A DNA stretch of 64,000 bases. Origin: Leptolyngbyaceae cyanobacterium (GTDB lineage Bacteria > Cyanobacteriota > Cyanobacteriia > Phormidesmidales > Phormidesmidaceae). The stretch's first letter is position 1. Every line of letters begins with the position of its first letter. The position numbers and the translations under genes were made by a program. A model generated the notes under the pieces. It had not been told where the DNA came from and ran no database searches. It was given only the letters and a program-made list of their open reading frames with translations. Shown here piece by piece: positions 28,440 to 39,100 of the stretch. The DNA is taken from contig CBDHHL010000056.1 in assembly GCA_965263355.1 (NCBI GenBank), positions 512,001 to 576,000 on the forward strand, in the 5' to 3' direction.

Positions 28440-29378
28440 ATGACAAAGAAAATTCTATTGGTTGATAACGATGAGCCTACGTGCAAGATGCTACAACAAC
28501 ATCTTGCACCGTACGGATATGAGGTGGTGGTGGCCCAGGATGGAGGAGATGAGGGAATTTTAATGGCGGTGACAGAGTCGCCTGATGTGCTCTTAATAGC
28601 AACAGATTTGCCAGTAATTGATGGTTGGCAAACCATTAAAATTCTCAAATCCTCTACTGTCACTCAAAAAATACCTGTGATCGCACTAATAGCGCTGACT
28701 ACAGACTCAGAATGGAGCAGAATATCAGAGTCTGGCTGCGATGATTACGAACTGAAACCAATTGATTTGAACAGCGTCTTAAATAAAATCAAAGCTCTCC
28801 TAAATTCCGCAGGCATCCCTGCCATTCCAGCTACTCCCCTTGATTCAGGCAGTTCACCATGTCAGGATTATCAATCAAAACCTCTAAAAGCAAGGGACTC
28901 TCAAATATCTCAAAGTTTAGCCACAGTAGCTAATACGGCTAGCCAGGTAACATCTGATAATACGATGGTGGTTTATATTGATGATAGCCCAATCGATAGC
29001 CAAGCCATGGCAGATATTGTCAGGGGCGCAGGCTATTGCTACAACAACATTACCGAACCGCTAGAAGCTATTCCTCTACTTTTGGAGCTTAAACCTAAGC
29101 TAATTTTTCTGGATCTGGTCATGCCATTTACCAATGGTTATGAAATCTGTGCTCAGATTCGACGCACATCTACCTTTCGAAAAACCCCTATTATTATTGT
29201 TACCAACAACGATGGTATTGTTGATCGAATCCGAGCCAAAATCGTTGGTGCATCTGGACTCTTTAGTAAACCCGTCAAGGAACAACAAGTCTTCAAAGTA
29301 CTCAATAAATACTTAAACTCTGACCATAGAGAAAAGTCTAAGGGCATTGCTCAAGGTAGGCTTTTACCCTTTTTCTAA
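28440..29378 (+). CDS. Response regulator with two receiver domains
   Basis: KILLVDND...DVLLIATDLPVIDG...KP and VVYIDDS...LIFLDLVMP...KP. ATG 28440. Confidence 0.88.
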   Translation: MTKKILLVDNDEPTCKMLQQHLAPYGYEVVVAQDGGDEGILMAVTESPDVLLIATDLPVIDGWQTIKILKSSTVTQKIPVIALIALTTDSEWSRISESGCDDYELKPIDLNSVLNKIKALLNSAGIPAIPATPLDSGSSPCQDYQSKPLKARDSQISQSLATVANTASQVTSDNTMVVYIDDSPIDSQAMADIVRGAGYCYNNITEPLEAIPLLLELKPKLIFLDLVMPFTNGYEICAQIRRTSTFRKTPIIIVTNNDGIVDRIRAKIVGASGLFSKPVKEQQVFKVLNKYLNSDHREKSKGIAQGRLLPFF

Positions 29379-29407
29379 CAGAGCATTAGGACTTCATGTT
29401 GCCCGAT

Positions 29408-30679
29408 TTATACCTGAGGCGGTACGTTAATCTCAAAGTGAATGTGATCATCATGCCCACCGAAACTTTGGCATAAACCTTTACGAATCAAAGCCGGATC
29501 ATTGAAATATAACGCTCCTTTATCAACCCAAGGTTGAGCCCTTAGTGCCTTAAGAATTGCCTCAGTCGCGTCACGGTCATAGTCAGAACTTGTCCATTGG
29601 ATGCCACCAAACCGACCGTCCTTGTGGGGCAACACCACATCTCCCGCATTCCCACTTTGGTGTCCGGCATGATCCGGTGTCCGCCCCCCTTTGGGTAAAC
29701 TGACATCATTAATAGCCATGGGAGCCACATCTGATTGGTTTTTGCGATAGGCCAGCTCGTAGTGAATACCAGCTGCTCGAATCACATTGCTCATCCAGTC
29801 AACACCATAATCATGAGTATCTCCCGGTTGGTCAAGTACCTCGAGGTTGTAGAAGCCTACCCCTTGCCCCGCCATCCGCATCCACTGGGGTGCATTGGCC
29901 AATTCCAAAAATCGTTGGGTTCTACCATTGACATCCACCCGTCCATCGCCTCGAATCGTCGTGCTTCCAGAGATTACCGATTGAAATAGCTGAATCGCCC
30001 GAATCAATTCATTCATAGAATTTCCCTGGGCAAAGTCATAGCCTAGTTCCACCAAACGGTCACGCACCAGTTTGACATCGCTAGTACGATTGGCACCGCG
30101 TGAACCAACACTGGCACTCAGGGCCAGTTTCTTCGCACCTGGATGCTTTTCAATGTAGGGAGTTAATGTGAGGGACGCGATGTCCGTGACCTGACCAGCA
30201 ACAACCTTAAGCCGCCGTAGTTGAGGCTTGGGTACCGCCAAAAAGACTGATTGAAATGCCCATTGTTTATTGGCATTAACTGTCGTTGTCGAAATAGCTT
30301 TTTGATTGTTGTCAACATATAAACTGACAGTCTTACCCACCAGGTCATTACTGGCGGTACCGGCTAGCTGATAGGGATGGTAGATTTTTACCTGATTAGG
30401 AACCTTGGTGATTTTGATGCCTTGGTTAGCTGGCACCTCAGGGTTTGGCGTCACTGGCTGTGTTGGCAGGGGTTGGGGTTCATCGGTACCAGTGCCAACA
30501 GACACCAGAAAAAAACCGGGTGCGTCGGTTCTATTTAGCCATTCTTTAAGCAGCTGAGTTCTAAAAAAGGTTTCACCGTCTACCTCACCTTGTCGAGGAG
30601 TCTTGTCTATTTTTTGACGGTAGTAGCCACCTTCCATCAGATAAATGGCTTTATCAGTTTCCTTAATCCAAGTCCCCAT
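29408..30679 (-). CDS. MepA-like (penicillin-insensitive murein endopeptidase-type) Zn peptidase with N-terminal accessory domains
   Basis: INDVSLPKGG..PDHAGHQSGNAGD and GHDDHIHF motifs. A peptidoglycan-binding-like segment precedes them. Confidence 0.75.
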   Translation of the reverse strand: MGTWIKETDKAIYLMEGGYYRQKIDKTPRQGEVDGETFFRTQLLKEWLNRTDAPGFFLVSVGTGTDEPQPLPTQPVTPNPEVPANQGIKITKVPNQVKIYHPYQLAGTASNDLVGKTVSLYVDNNQKAISTTTVNANKQWAFQSVFLAVPKPQLRRLKVVAGQVTDIASLTLTPYIEKHPGAKKLALSASVGSRGANRTSDVKLVRDRLVELGYDFAQGNSMNELIRAIQLFQSVISGSTTIRGDGRVDVNGRTQRFLELANAPQWMRMAGQGVGFYNLEVLDQPGDTHDYGVDWMSNVIRAAGIHYELAYRKNQSDVAPMAINDVSLPKGGRTPDHAGHQSGNAGDVVLPHKDGRFGGIQWTSSDYDRDATEAILKALRAQPWVDKGALYFNDPALIRKGLCQSFGGHDDHIHFEINVPPQV

Positions 30680-30929
30680 AGCTCCTCCAGCCGATCATAT
30701 TGGATATATTATCTAAGGTGGCAATTTAGATTACATCAAAGCTATTGCCGATGGTAGCAGATCGAGTTGCTCAACAACTTACTGCATAGGAGTTCTAGCT
30801 TATTTTCAATAAGAATGACCTATTGTTGACTTATTTTTGAGGCCCTGCCTGGTTAGTCCAATAATTGGCTAAATTGAAATGTAAATGTCAGTTAATCTAA
30901 ACCATAGCCGCTAGGGCAATGGCCATTCT

Positions 30930-32249
30930 TTACACTGTCACCTGTGCTACGGAGATGGGAATTTCAATGGAAAACTGAGTGCCTTGCTGACCTAAATTAG
31001 GCTCACACCAGAGTTTTCCTTTATGGGTTTCAGTAACAATGCTATGACTGATGGAAAGCCCCATACCTGTACCTTTGCCAACTTCTTTGGTAGTGAAAAA
31101 GGGATTAAAAATTTGCGATCGCAACTCCTCAGGCACCCCTAACCCATTATCTATAATTCGAACCATTAATCGGTTGTTTTGAATCCGTGTCGAAATCTTA
31201 ATGACGCTAGGATCTTCCAAAGCTTCTGCCACTGTACGTTTAGCATCGCGCTCATTGACGGCTTCAATGGCATTACTCAACAGATTCATAAAGACTTGAT
31301 TGAGTTGCCCCGCATAACATTCAATTAGGGGCAATGAACCATAATCTTTAACAACATGGATGTCGGGATAGCTATTATTACGACGCAAATGACTTTGCAA
31401 AATACTCAGAGTACTATCAATACCCTGATGAATATCAGCTTGTTTAACCTCAGCCTCATGGAGCCTTGAAAAGGTCCGCAGAGAGGACACTATGGTACAA
31501 ATGCGTCTGGTGCCAAGACTCATAGATTGCAAGATTTTGACCAGATCTTTCTCAAGATAGTCAAGCTCAATCTCATCTATTTTGTTTGAAATTTCCTTTG
31601 GTGGGTTGGGAACGTGTTGTTTATAGAGTGCAACAATCTCCAATAGTTCCTTGACATAGCGCTCAGCATGGTTAAGATTAGCATGGATAAAATTTACTGG
31701 ATTATTGATTTCATGGGCAACACCAGCAACAAGTTGCCCCAAACTCAACATTTTCTCATTGTGCACCAGCTGTATTTGTGTTCTCTTAAGTTCCTCAAGG
31801 GCCTGATGTAATTCATTTTCCGCTTGTTTTCGCTCATTGATTTCACTAAGTAGCTGCATTTGCGTGTATCGCAATGTCAAATGCACCCTAATGCGAGCCA
31901 GTACCTCATCAGGATGGATGGGTTTAGTAATATAATCAACAGCTCCTATACTAAGCCCCTTAACCTTGTCAATTTCATCGGTTAAGGCCGTCATGAAAAT
32001 AACAGGAATATCTTGAGTTTTCGGATTTTGCTTAAGTTTTTCACAAACCTCAAATCCATTCATTCCTGGCATCATTACATCCAGTAAAATCAGATTTGGT
32101 ACGATTTTATCTAGTTTTTTAAAAGCGCTCTCTGCACTTTTTGCAACCGAAACCTTATAATTAGATTCCTGCAAAAACTCATAGAGAAGTTTGATGTTGG
32201 TAGGAATATCATCAACAATCAAAATCTCACTTCGTTGGGAACTCAACAT
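30930..32249 (-). CDS. Hybrid histidine kinase (REC-HisKA-HATPase)
   Basis: N-terminal receiver LILLDVMMP, H-box GVAHEINNP, and N/G1/F/G2 boxes. Confidence 0.93.
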   Translation of the reverse strand: MLSSQRSEILIVDDIPTNIKLLYEFLQESNYKVSVAKSAESAFKKLDKIVPNLILLDVMMPGMNGFEVCEKLKQNPKTQDIPVIFMTALTDEIDKVKGLSIGAVDYITKPIHPDEVLARIRVHLTLRYTQMQLLSEINERKQAENELHQALEELKRTQIQLVHNEKMLSLGQLVAGVAHEINNPVNFIHANLNHAERYVKELLEIVALYKQHVPNPPKEISNKIDEIELDYLEKDLVKILQSMSLGTRRICTIVSSLRTFSRLHEAEVKQADIHQGIDSTLSILQSHLRRNNSYPDIHVVKDYGSLPLIECYAGQLNQVFMNLLSNAIEAVNERDAKRTVAEALEDPSVIKISTRIQNNRLMVRIIDNGLGVPEELRSQIFNPFFTTKEVGKGTGMGLSISHSIVTETHKGKLWCEPNLGQQGTQFSIEIPISVAQVTV

Positions 32250-32379
32250 AATTTAGAGAGGTCCATAGGAATACATAATGAGAATGGCTAGCCTGTAAAA
32301 GAAGGCTTTACTATTGGGTTAGCCTAGCTTACCTAGATTTCCCAAAAGGTGATGGATTCCTAAAAAGAAACTTCATGGT

Positions 32380-35109
32380 TTAAAGATTTAAATGGGGGCT
32401 AACCAGCTGGACAATGCCTTCATCATCAAATTCATCAATCAGTTCCTGCAATTTGTTAACAAACTTTGTATAGTCTGGCCCCAACTTTTTAAGCTGAGCA
32501 ACCTCGGTTTGAATATCTGAGATATAGCCTTTCTCAGCTGCTTCATAGAGAGGAATGAGTACGTTCGACGGTGGCACTATCATTTCAGATTCAGGATCAG
32601 TTGGTACATTTTCAGTTTCAGGTTTTGGTTCATATTGCCAATCGAGTTGCAGCGTCTGCTGAAGCTGTTCTATTAATTCTTGTGCCTGTATTGGTTTAGC
32701 TAAGAAGCTGCTGAATCCCATCTCAAGGCAGGCTTGTCGGTCAAACCCAGATAGATGGGCAGAAGAGGCAATAACCGGTACTGATTGGACCTCTGGCAAC
32801 TTACGCAGCTGCTTAAATAAGCCATAGCCATCTAAATTAGGCATCAGCAAGTCTGTAATAATTAAATGTGGCAAAAATGATTGTGCTTTGGTCACCCCAT
32901 CTTGACCATCCTTGGCTTCAATCAGTTCAAAACCAAGGGGATCTAAAAGGTTGACAATCACAGAACGATTTTCCCAACGATCATCAACCACCAAAATTTT
33001 TCTGCGTTTACCCTCATATCCAATTAACCGGCCTAACGTCTGCTGCTGAAGATCAGCCTGTATCCAGTCCTCTGCCAGGGGACAACATACTTTAAATTCA
33101 AAGGTACTACCCTCGCCCAGCACACTTTTAACCTGAATGTGGCTATCCATCAACTCTATAATCCTTTGGCTGATGGCAAGGCCTAACCCCGTCCCTTCAA
33201 TGACATGCTTAGTATTATCTGTCTGTTCAAAGGGGGCAAAAATTTTTTCAAGATTATCAGCAGCAATACCAATACCCGTATCTACAACAGCAAAATGAAG
33301 TCCTATCAATGCTGAATCATCCGGATCAGGTTGGACGCCCACCCTCAGGGTTACATTACCTGCTTCAGTAAACTTGACTGCATTACCAATTAGGTTTAGC
33401 AAAACCTGACGCAGACGTTTTTCATCAGCCACAATCCCCGGTGGTAGTGTATCAAGGGGCTCAAAAATGATAGGTAGTTTTTTCTGCTCGGCTCGAATAC
33501 GGCAAATTTCAACAACACCTTGCAAAAAAGAAGGAAAATGGAAGGGTTTAGGGTTTAGTTCTAGCTTTCGTGCTTCTATTTTAGAGATATCTAAAATATC
33601 GTTAATTAAGGTTAAAAGATGACTGCCACATTCGGCAATGGTCTGAATGCTGCTGCGATCTTTCTTGGAGCGATTTTTTTGAATTTGTAGAATTTGGGCA
33701 TAGCCTAAAATGCCATTTAGTGGCGTTCTTAACTCATGGCTCATATTGGCCAAAAACTCGCTTTTAGCATGGTTAGCCGTATCTGCAGCTTTCTTCGCTT
33801 CGGCTAACTGGGCAGTACGCTCAGCCACTCTAGTTTCTAACATTTCAAAGGAATCTTTGATTTGTTTGGCCATGCGATTAAACGCAGATGATAATCCCCG
33901 TAATTCTTGAATACCCTTGACCTGAAGCGTTTGCTCAAGGTCGCCCATGGCAATGGCTTGACTAGCCAGATTTAACCGCTGAATAGGAGTCGTAATCCAA
34001 CGTGATGTCAGTATTCCTAATAAAGTCGCAGTCATCAAAGCCGCAATGCATAACATGATGGTATTGCGGGTATTGGCATTAATAACTCCCATAAAATCAG
34101 CTTCTGGGATAGTCACCACCACTAGCCAATCTAAACCATAGTCATCTTGCCAGGGAACCACCTGAACAAACTGTCGCTCTCCGTCTATTCGAAAGTCTAT
34201 CTGTTGAATATTTTGAATATTTTCAAATCCCTTAAACTCTGTTTTTAGATGTTGAGCTGTTGCTCGAATTATTGGATCAGAACTGTTTAGGGCACTAAGG
34301 CGTTGGGTTTCTCCACCGGCAACGTTGTAAGTTTTGGCTTCGCTAGAATTTCCTATCAGTAGTCCATCTCGTTCGATCAAAAAGGCTTTGCCATTAGGAC
34401 TAATGTCTAGTTTTTTCAGAAAATTACTAATATCACTAAGCAGCAAATCAATACTAAATGCACCAAAAAACTTGCCTGTAGGCTCATATAGAGGAAACGT
34501 AGCTGATGCGGCGACATAGTCCTCAAATCCTTCTGCGGTGTAAATACTACTCCAGGTAGGTTTGCCTGCATTGACAGCATCGATATACCACTGGTCCTCT
34601 GGAGCATAGTACTCAGTTGCATCTAATACATCGGTGCGATTACCCTGAGTATCTGTACCATAGGTGTAGTCTTTCCCATCGGCTAATGAATGTTCTACTA
34701 TAGTGACGCCTTGACCTTCCAGCCAGCGTCCAGCTCCTACCCCTTCTCCTGACTCAAGGTAGTAGCCAATAAAATTGATATCTGGATAGGTTTCTGCCTT
34801 TTTCCATAGGTTACGCCCCATTAGCTCAAAATTCCTGATATCAACGGTTCCAGCCTGTAGCTCATCGACCGTTATAGTTCCCAATTCATGGGGAAGCGAT
34901 AGATAACTATCTAGATGTTGATCGACCCGATTACTAATTTCCTTACTAAGGCGCAAAACCAGGTCATTAACAGCCCTTTGGCTATTTCTAAAAGACAGGT
35001 ATCCAACTAACCCTACCGCTGAGAAAATTTGCAACATAAAGGGGACGACAAGCACAAGGCTTAAAGGCGTCCCACGGAGCGTTTGACGATCTTTGCTGTC
35101 CATAGCCAC
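32380..35109 (-). CDS. Membrane hybrid sensor kinase (dCache-HAMP-HisKA-HATPase-REC)
   Basis: Two TM helices flank a Cache-like domain (QWYIDA...PTWSSIY). [13 protein letters not shown] and a C-terminal receiver follow. Confidence 0.93.
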   Translation of the reverse strand: MAMDSKDRQTLRGTPLSLVLVVPFMLQIFSAVGLVGYLSFRNSQRAVNDLVLRLSKEISNRVDQHLDSYLSLPHELGTITVDELQAGTVDIRNFELMGRNLWKKAETYPDINFIGYYLESGEGVGAGRWLEGQGVTIVEHSLADGKDYTYGTDTQGNRTDVLDATEYYAPEDQWYIDAVNAGKPTWSSIYTAEGFEDYVAASATFPLYEPTGKFFGAFSIDLLLSDISNFLKKLDISPNGKAFLIERDGLLIGNSSEAKTYNVAGGETQRLSALNSSDPIIRATAQHLKTEFKGFENIQNIQQIDFRIDGERQFVQVVPWQDDYGLDWLVVVTIPEADFMGVINANTRNTIMLCIAALMTATLLGILTSRWITTPIQRLNLASQAIAMGDLEQTLQVKGIQELRGLSSAFNRMAKQIKDSFEMLETRVAERTAQLAEAKKAADTANHAKSEFLANMSHELRTPLNGILGYAQILQIQKNRSKKDRSSIQTIAECGSHLLTLINDILDISKIEARKLELNPKPFHFPSFLQGVVEICRIRAEQKKLPIIFEPLDTLPPGIVADEKRLRQVLLNLIGNAVKFTEAGNVTLRVGVQPDPDDSALIGLHFAVVDTGIGIAADNLEKIFAPFEQTDNTKHVIEGTGLGLAISQRIIELMDSHIQVKSVLGEGSTFEFKVCCPLAEDWIQADLQQQTLGRLIGYEGKRRKILVVDDRWENRSVIVNLLDPLGFELIEAKDGQDGVTKAQSFLPHLIITDLLMPNLDGYGLFKQLRKLPEVQSVPVIASSAHLSGFDRQACLEMGFSSFLAKPIQAQELIEQLQQTLQLDWQYEPKPETENVPTDPESEMIVPPSNVLIPLYEAAEKGYISDIQTEVAQLKKLGPDYTKFVNKLQELIDEFDDEGIVQLVSPHLNL

Positions 35110-35348
35110 AACTTTTCGGGCGCAACATTACAGGAAAATAGATGACGATGAGTCTTGCCAACCTTCTTATCAGGGTATTGGAAAAAACTAAACTCAGCTA
35201 TGTTCGCTATAATGCCCAGGACAAAATGGATAACTGCAGGGTATAAATGGCTACGTTATTATGTTGCACTACACACAATTAGCTAACTTAAACAGCGTGT
35301 AGTGCATGAAAATCTAACGCTTACGTTTCTTTGATCAAAACCGTGAAC

Positions 35349-36119
35349 TCAAGAAGATTTAACTCCACATGCAAAGATAGTATAGAAGAACCCCTGGTCT
35401 GCATATTCAGGTAAATCTCTAACACGAATGTCAAGATTAACAAAGCCATTGTCTAAAAAACAATTCATTACATCCTGAGGATTTAGTTCCGTAGAGGGGA
35501 AACAGGTCTCCCCTACGCGATAATAATTGCCTGAACCACAGGCTGAAGTAATAAGGGTACCGCCAGGCTTCACCATGCCCATAATATTAGTCATGTAGAT
35601 ACGCCATTCCTCTTTATTAAGACTAATGCCTTCTGCGCAGTAATGGGCGGTTACCAATGGGTAAAAGTTACGTTTAGTCTCTCCTAGTGGATTAGCCTGC
35701 CTGACATCACCTGGTGTAACAAGAGTAACTTTTTGCCGTACTTCTGACTCCCTCTGTTGAATCTCTGAAGGGGTAGGGGTTTGATGTCCTTCAAGTTGCA
35801 GTACTTTTTGAGTAAAAGAATGCCAATCGTAGGCTGTTTTATCAGCAGAGAACCATTTTTTTAGTTCGGTTAAATTGGACTCAACATATTCAGAAACATG
35901 AATTTCTTGGGTTTTGGTCACCAAAGGTAAAATATGGGAGATAATGGGTCCACTACCGAAATCTAATGCCACCGGAACAGAATCGATGCGCTTTAAAGAC
36001 TCAGTCAAAAACTCCAAACAGTATTGTTCATCAGGCATGATACCTGAATAATATTCTTGTAAATACTGTTTAGGATCCCAATCGGAATAATTGGCGTATT
36101 TAATCTCAACAGCTTGCAT
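35349..36119 (-). CDS. NNMT/PNMT/TEMT-family SAM-dependent methyltransferase
   Basis: WDPKQYLQEYY, LDFGSGP, SEYVESNL.EL.KW, AYDW, DV....PL, CAE, VKPGG.L and YYRVG...F motifs. Confidence 0.85.
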   Translation of the reverse strand: MQAVEIKYANYSDWDPKQYLQEYYSGIMPDEQYCLEFLTESLKRIDSVPVALDFGSGPIISHILPLVTKTQEIHVSEYVESNLTELKKWFSADKTAYDWHSFTQKVLQLEGHQTPTPSEIQQRESEVRQKVTLVTPGDVRQANPLGETKRNFYPLVTAHYCAEGISLNKEEWRIYMTNIMGMVKPGGTLITSACGSGNYYRVGETCFPSTELNPQDVMNCFLDNGFVNLDIRVRDLPEYADQGFFYTIFACGVKSS

Positions 36120-36172
36120 AGGTTTTCTCCAATTTTATCAAGGACTAGTCGTGTTCAGGGTGGTCATCAACA

Positions 36173-39100
36173 TTAACTAATATTGTCCAGATATTTTGCT
36201 AACAGGCAACTATCAATTGTTGGACAAGTAATATTGGATTGATTCAGGCCCTTTAGAGTATTTTGGCAATCAAACATTTGGGTGCCTGCTAACCAAATTT
36301 CTAATCGAGTAAGCGAATGTCCGTGCACAACTTCCGTCAAAATTTTAGCTAGTGGGCTGAGGGCGTTCTGCATTTTATTCAACTTAGTTTGCCAATGCTC
36401 ATAGGATACTTGTCTAACCGCATAGCCAACATTGTTAAGCTGATGGACAAGTTTATCTAACGGATAAGGGTAAGGATTTACTAGATGAAAAGCTTGATTC
36501 AAGGATTCTGTTTGCAATGATAGATGAACTATCGCTCGACTAACATAATCGACGGGTGTCATGTCGATTATCCAATCTAAATCAGGCGCACTTTCAAGCG
36601 CAATAACACTATTTAGAAAGCGGCTCATTAAATCTGTTGAGTTACATATTCCCGTTTGAGTGTGGCCGGTTACCATCCCTGGGCGATAGATACAAGCTGG
36701 AATACCCGCTGAAATCGCCCGTGTGATCAGCTGTTCTGCCACCCATTTGCTTTGGGCATAGCCGCCGACAATTCCAGATCCTTGGGCGATATTATCACTT
36801 TCATAAATAACCGATGGTCCCATGGTTAGCAATGATTCAAACACATCTAAGGTGGAGATGTAGTGAACGGGCTTAAGCCTATCATAGCTGGCAAGCTTTA
36901 ATATGGATTGAGTGCCCAGCACATTTGCCGCCTTTAAAGCTCCATAGGGGTAAAACAGATTCACACTTGCCGCACTGTGGTAAATGACATCTATAGTGTT
37001 AGCCAGGTGCTTAAATTGTTCTCTTTCTAGTCCCAAGAGAGGACGAGCTATATTGCCAATAAGGGGTTTGATTCTGCTGTAGGGAATATCAACATTTGGC
37101 AAATTCTGCTGTAGGGATTGACGTAATCGCTGATACCCTTCTGTAAGGGTTTGTGCCCGTACTAAGCAATAAACAGTAGCATCTGTATGTTGCAATAGGG
37201 TATGTAACAAGGAGGTGCCAATAAATCCTGTTGCCCCCGTTAATAAAATTGCCTTCGGATTTGTCCAATGTGATACAGGCTTTGACCAATGATTATATGA
37301 GGCAGCAGATGAAATCAGGTTAAGCGATGCTTCAGTCTCTAGTTCAGATAGAGACATATATTCTGTTATCGTAGAAGGCTTTCGGTCATGCTTTAATTGT
37401 TTGCCTACTAACTGTTTGGATAAATCTGCGATGGTTGGTTGCTTAAAGAAATCAGTAAAATTGAGTATTACTTTGAAAGAACGCTCAATTTGCGACATTA
37501 GCTGCATTACTCGTAATGAGTCACCACCCAACTCGAAAAAGCTATCATTAATCCCAATCGGTGAAATATTCAAAACATCTGCCCAAATACTGGCTAGTTT
37601 CTCTTCTTGAGCTGTTTCGGGTGCTACAAACAGAGCAGAGAGTTCTGGTCGGGACGAATCAGGTATAGGTAGCGCTTGTCGATCAATCTTACCATTGGCA
37701 TTGAGAGGAAAACTGTCTAACAGTACAAATGTTGCGGGCACCATGTACTTGGGTAGCTTTTGCATTGTATAGGTGCGCAGCTGAGTCGAAAGTGTATGGG
37801 CTATTTTGGCCTGGAGGGGATTATTGGCATAGGTATGCCAGACTTGACACGATGGTGGTGGGATGGGGGCTGGTAGTGGTTCAATACTCCCCAACTTATA
37901 GTCAACACCAGTGGCTTGGGGTTTAAACAGGGCATTAAAAGAACCATTATTGGCTAAACTGGGCCAGCTAATGGTCACATCGTAGGATAGCTCAGTCGCA
38001 AGCTGTTTGAGCGCTTCAGGATCGACGCCGACGATATTCTTAGTTTGCCTGAGATAATCTTTCAGATTAGCAACGTTACCAGAGAGTTGGATTTGCTTAC
38101 GTACATCAACAACACTGACATGGGGTAAAACTCTCGCATTAGGGATATTGCGAAAACCAAATACTTTGGTGGAGGAGTTCTTTAATCGTTGACGTAGTTC
38201 AGAAAAATCAGCATAGTGTGGCTGCCAATCTAACCAACGAGTTTCAAGTATGGATTGGGGCGTTGAGCCTACATGTAAGACAACGTCATAGCGAAATTGA
38301 CTTAGTTCATTATGAAATTGGCTTTGTTTCAGCAAAATTTGAACCTGGCTAATCTGGGGTAAATGCTTTTGCAGCGCCAAGAAAAAAGAAGGATCGATCG
38401 TGAGTTCTTCTTCTTGATATATCCTTTTCTGAATACGTTGCCAGAGTTCTGTGATGGGTAGGTCATCATCAGCATTGGCTAATTCTATAGCCGCTGCAAA
38501 TGCCTCTTGCAAGAGATAATTTCTGATGTCTCCGATAAACAGAGAACCCCCTGGTTTGATTAACCGTACAGCTTGTTCTATAACAGAAACTAAGTAATCA
38601 ATACTTGGGAAGTATTGTAAAACCGAGTTTAAGATGACCGTGTCATAGGAAGCAGGGGCTATATTTTCAAAGTTATCGGCAGCCCTATTTTTAAGGGTGA
38701 CTCGTGGTGCTAACTCTGGAGTCTTTGCCAACTGTTTTTTAATGTGGTCTAAAGAAACGTCTGATATGTCGGTGCCAATGTAGCTTTTACAGTGTGACAC
38801 TACTTGAAATAACAATAACCCTGTGCCACATCCCAGTTCTAAAACTCGTTCCGGCTTGAGTTGTAAGATTCGCTCAACAGTGGTGCTGACCCATTCCTGC
38901 ATCTCAATATCCGGCAGCAGCTCACCTGTGTAACTGCTGATCCAGCCACTGATGTTGAAAGTATCATCCCACTCTGTGTTGACTGTATTTAAGTGGTCAT
39001 CGTTATGAATTGCTTGCCATTGGTTGATTTGTTCTTGTTCTAGTTGGTCACGAATTGACCTGTCAGCAGTGGTGTTAGGGCAACTGCTTTGATCTGACAT

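Noticed and set aside
35349..36119. Guanitoxin gene cluster
   Set aside because: Only a methyltransferase of the same family is present. None of the other pathway enzymes is in the window.
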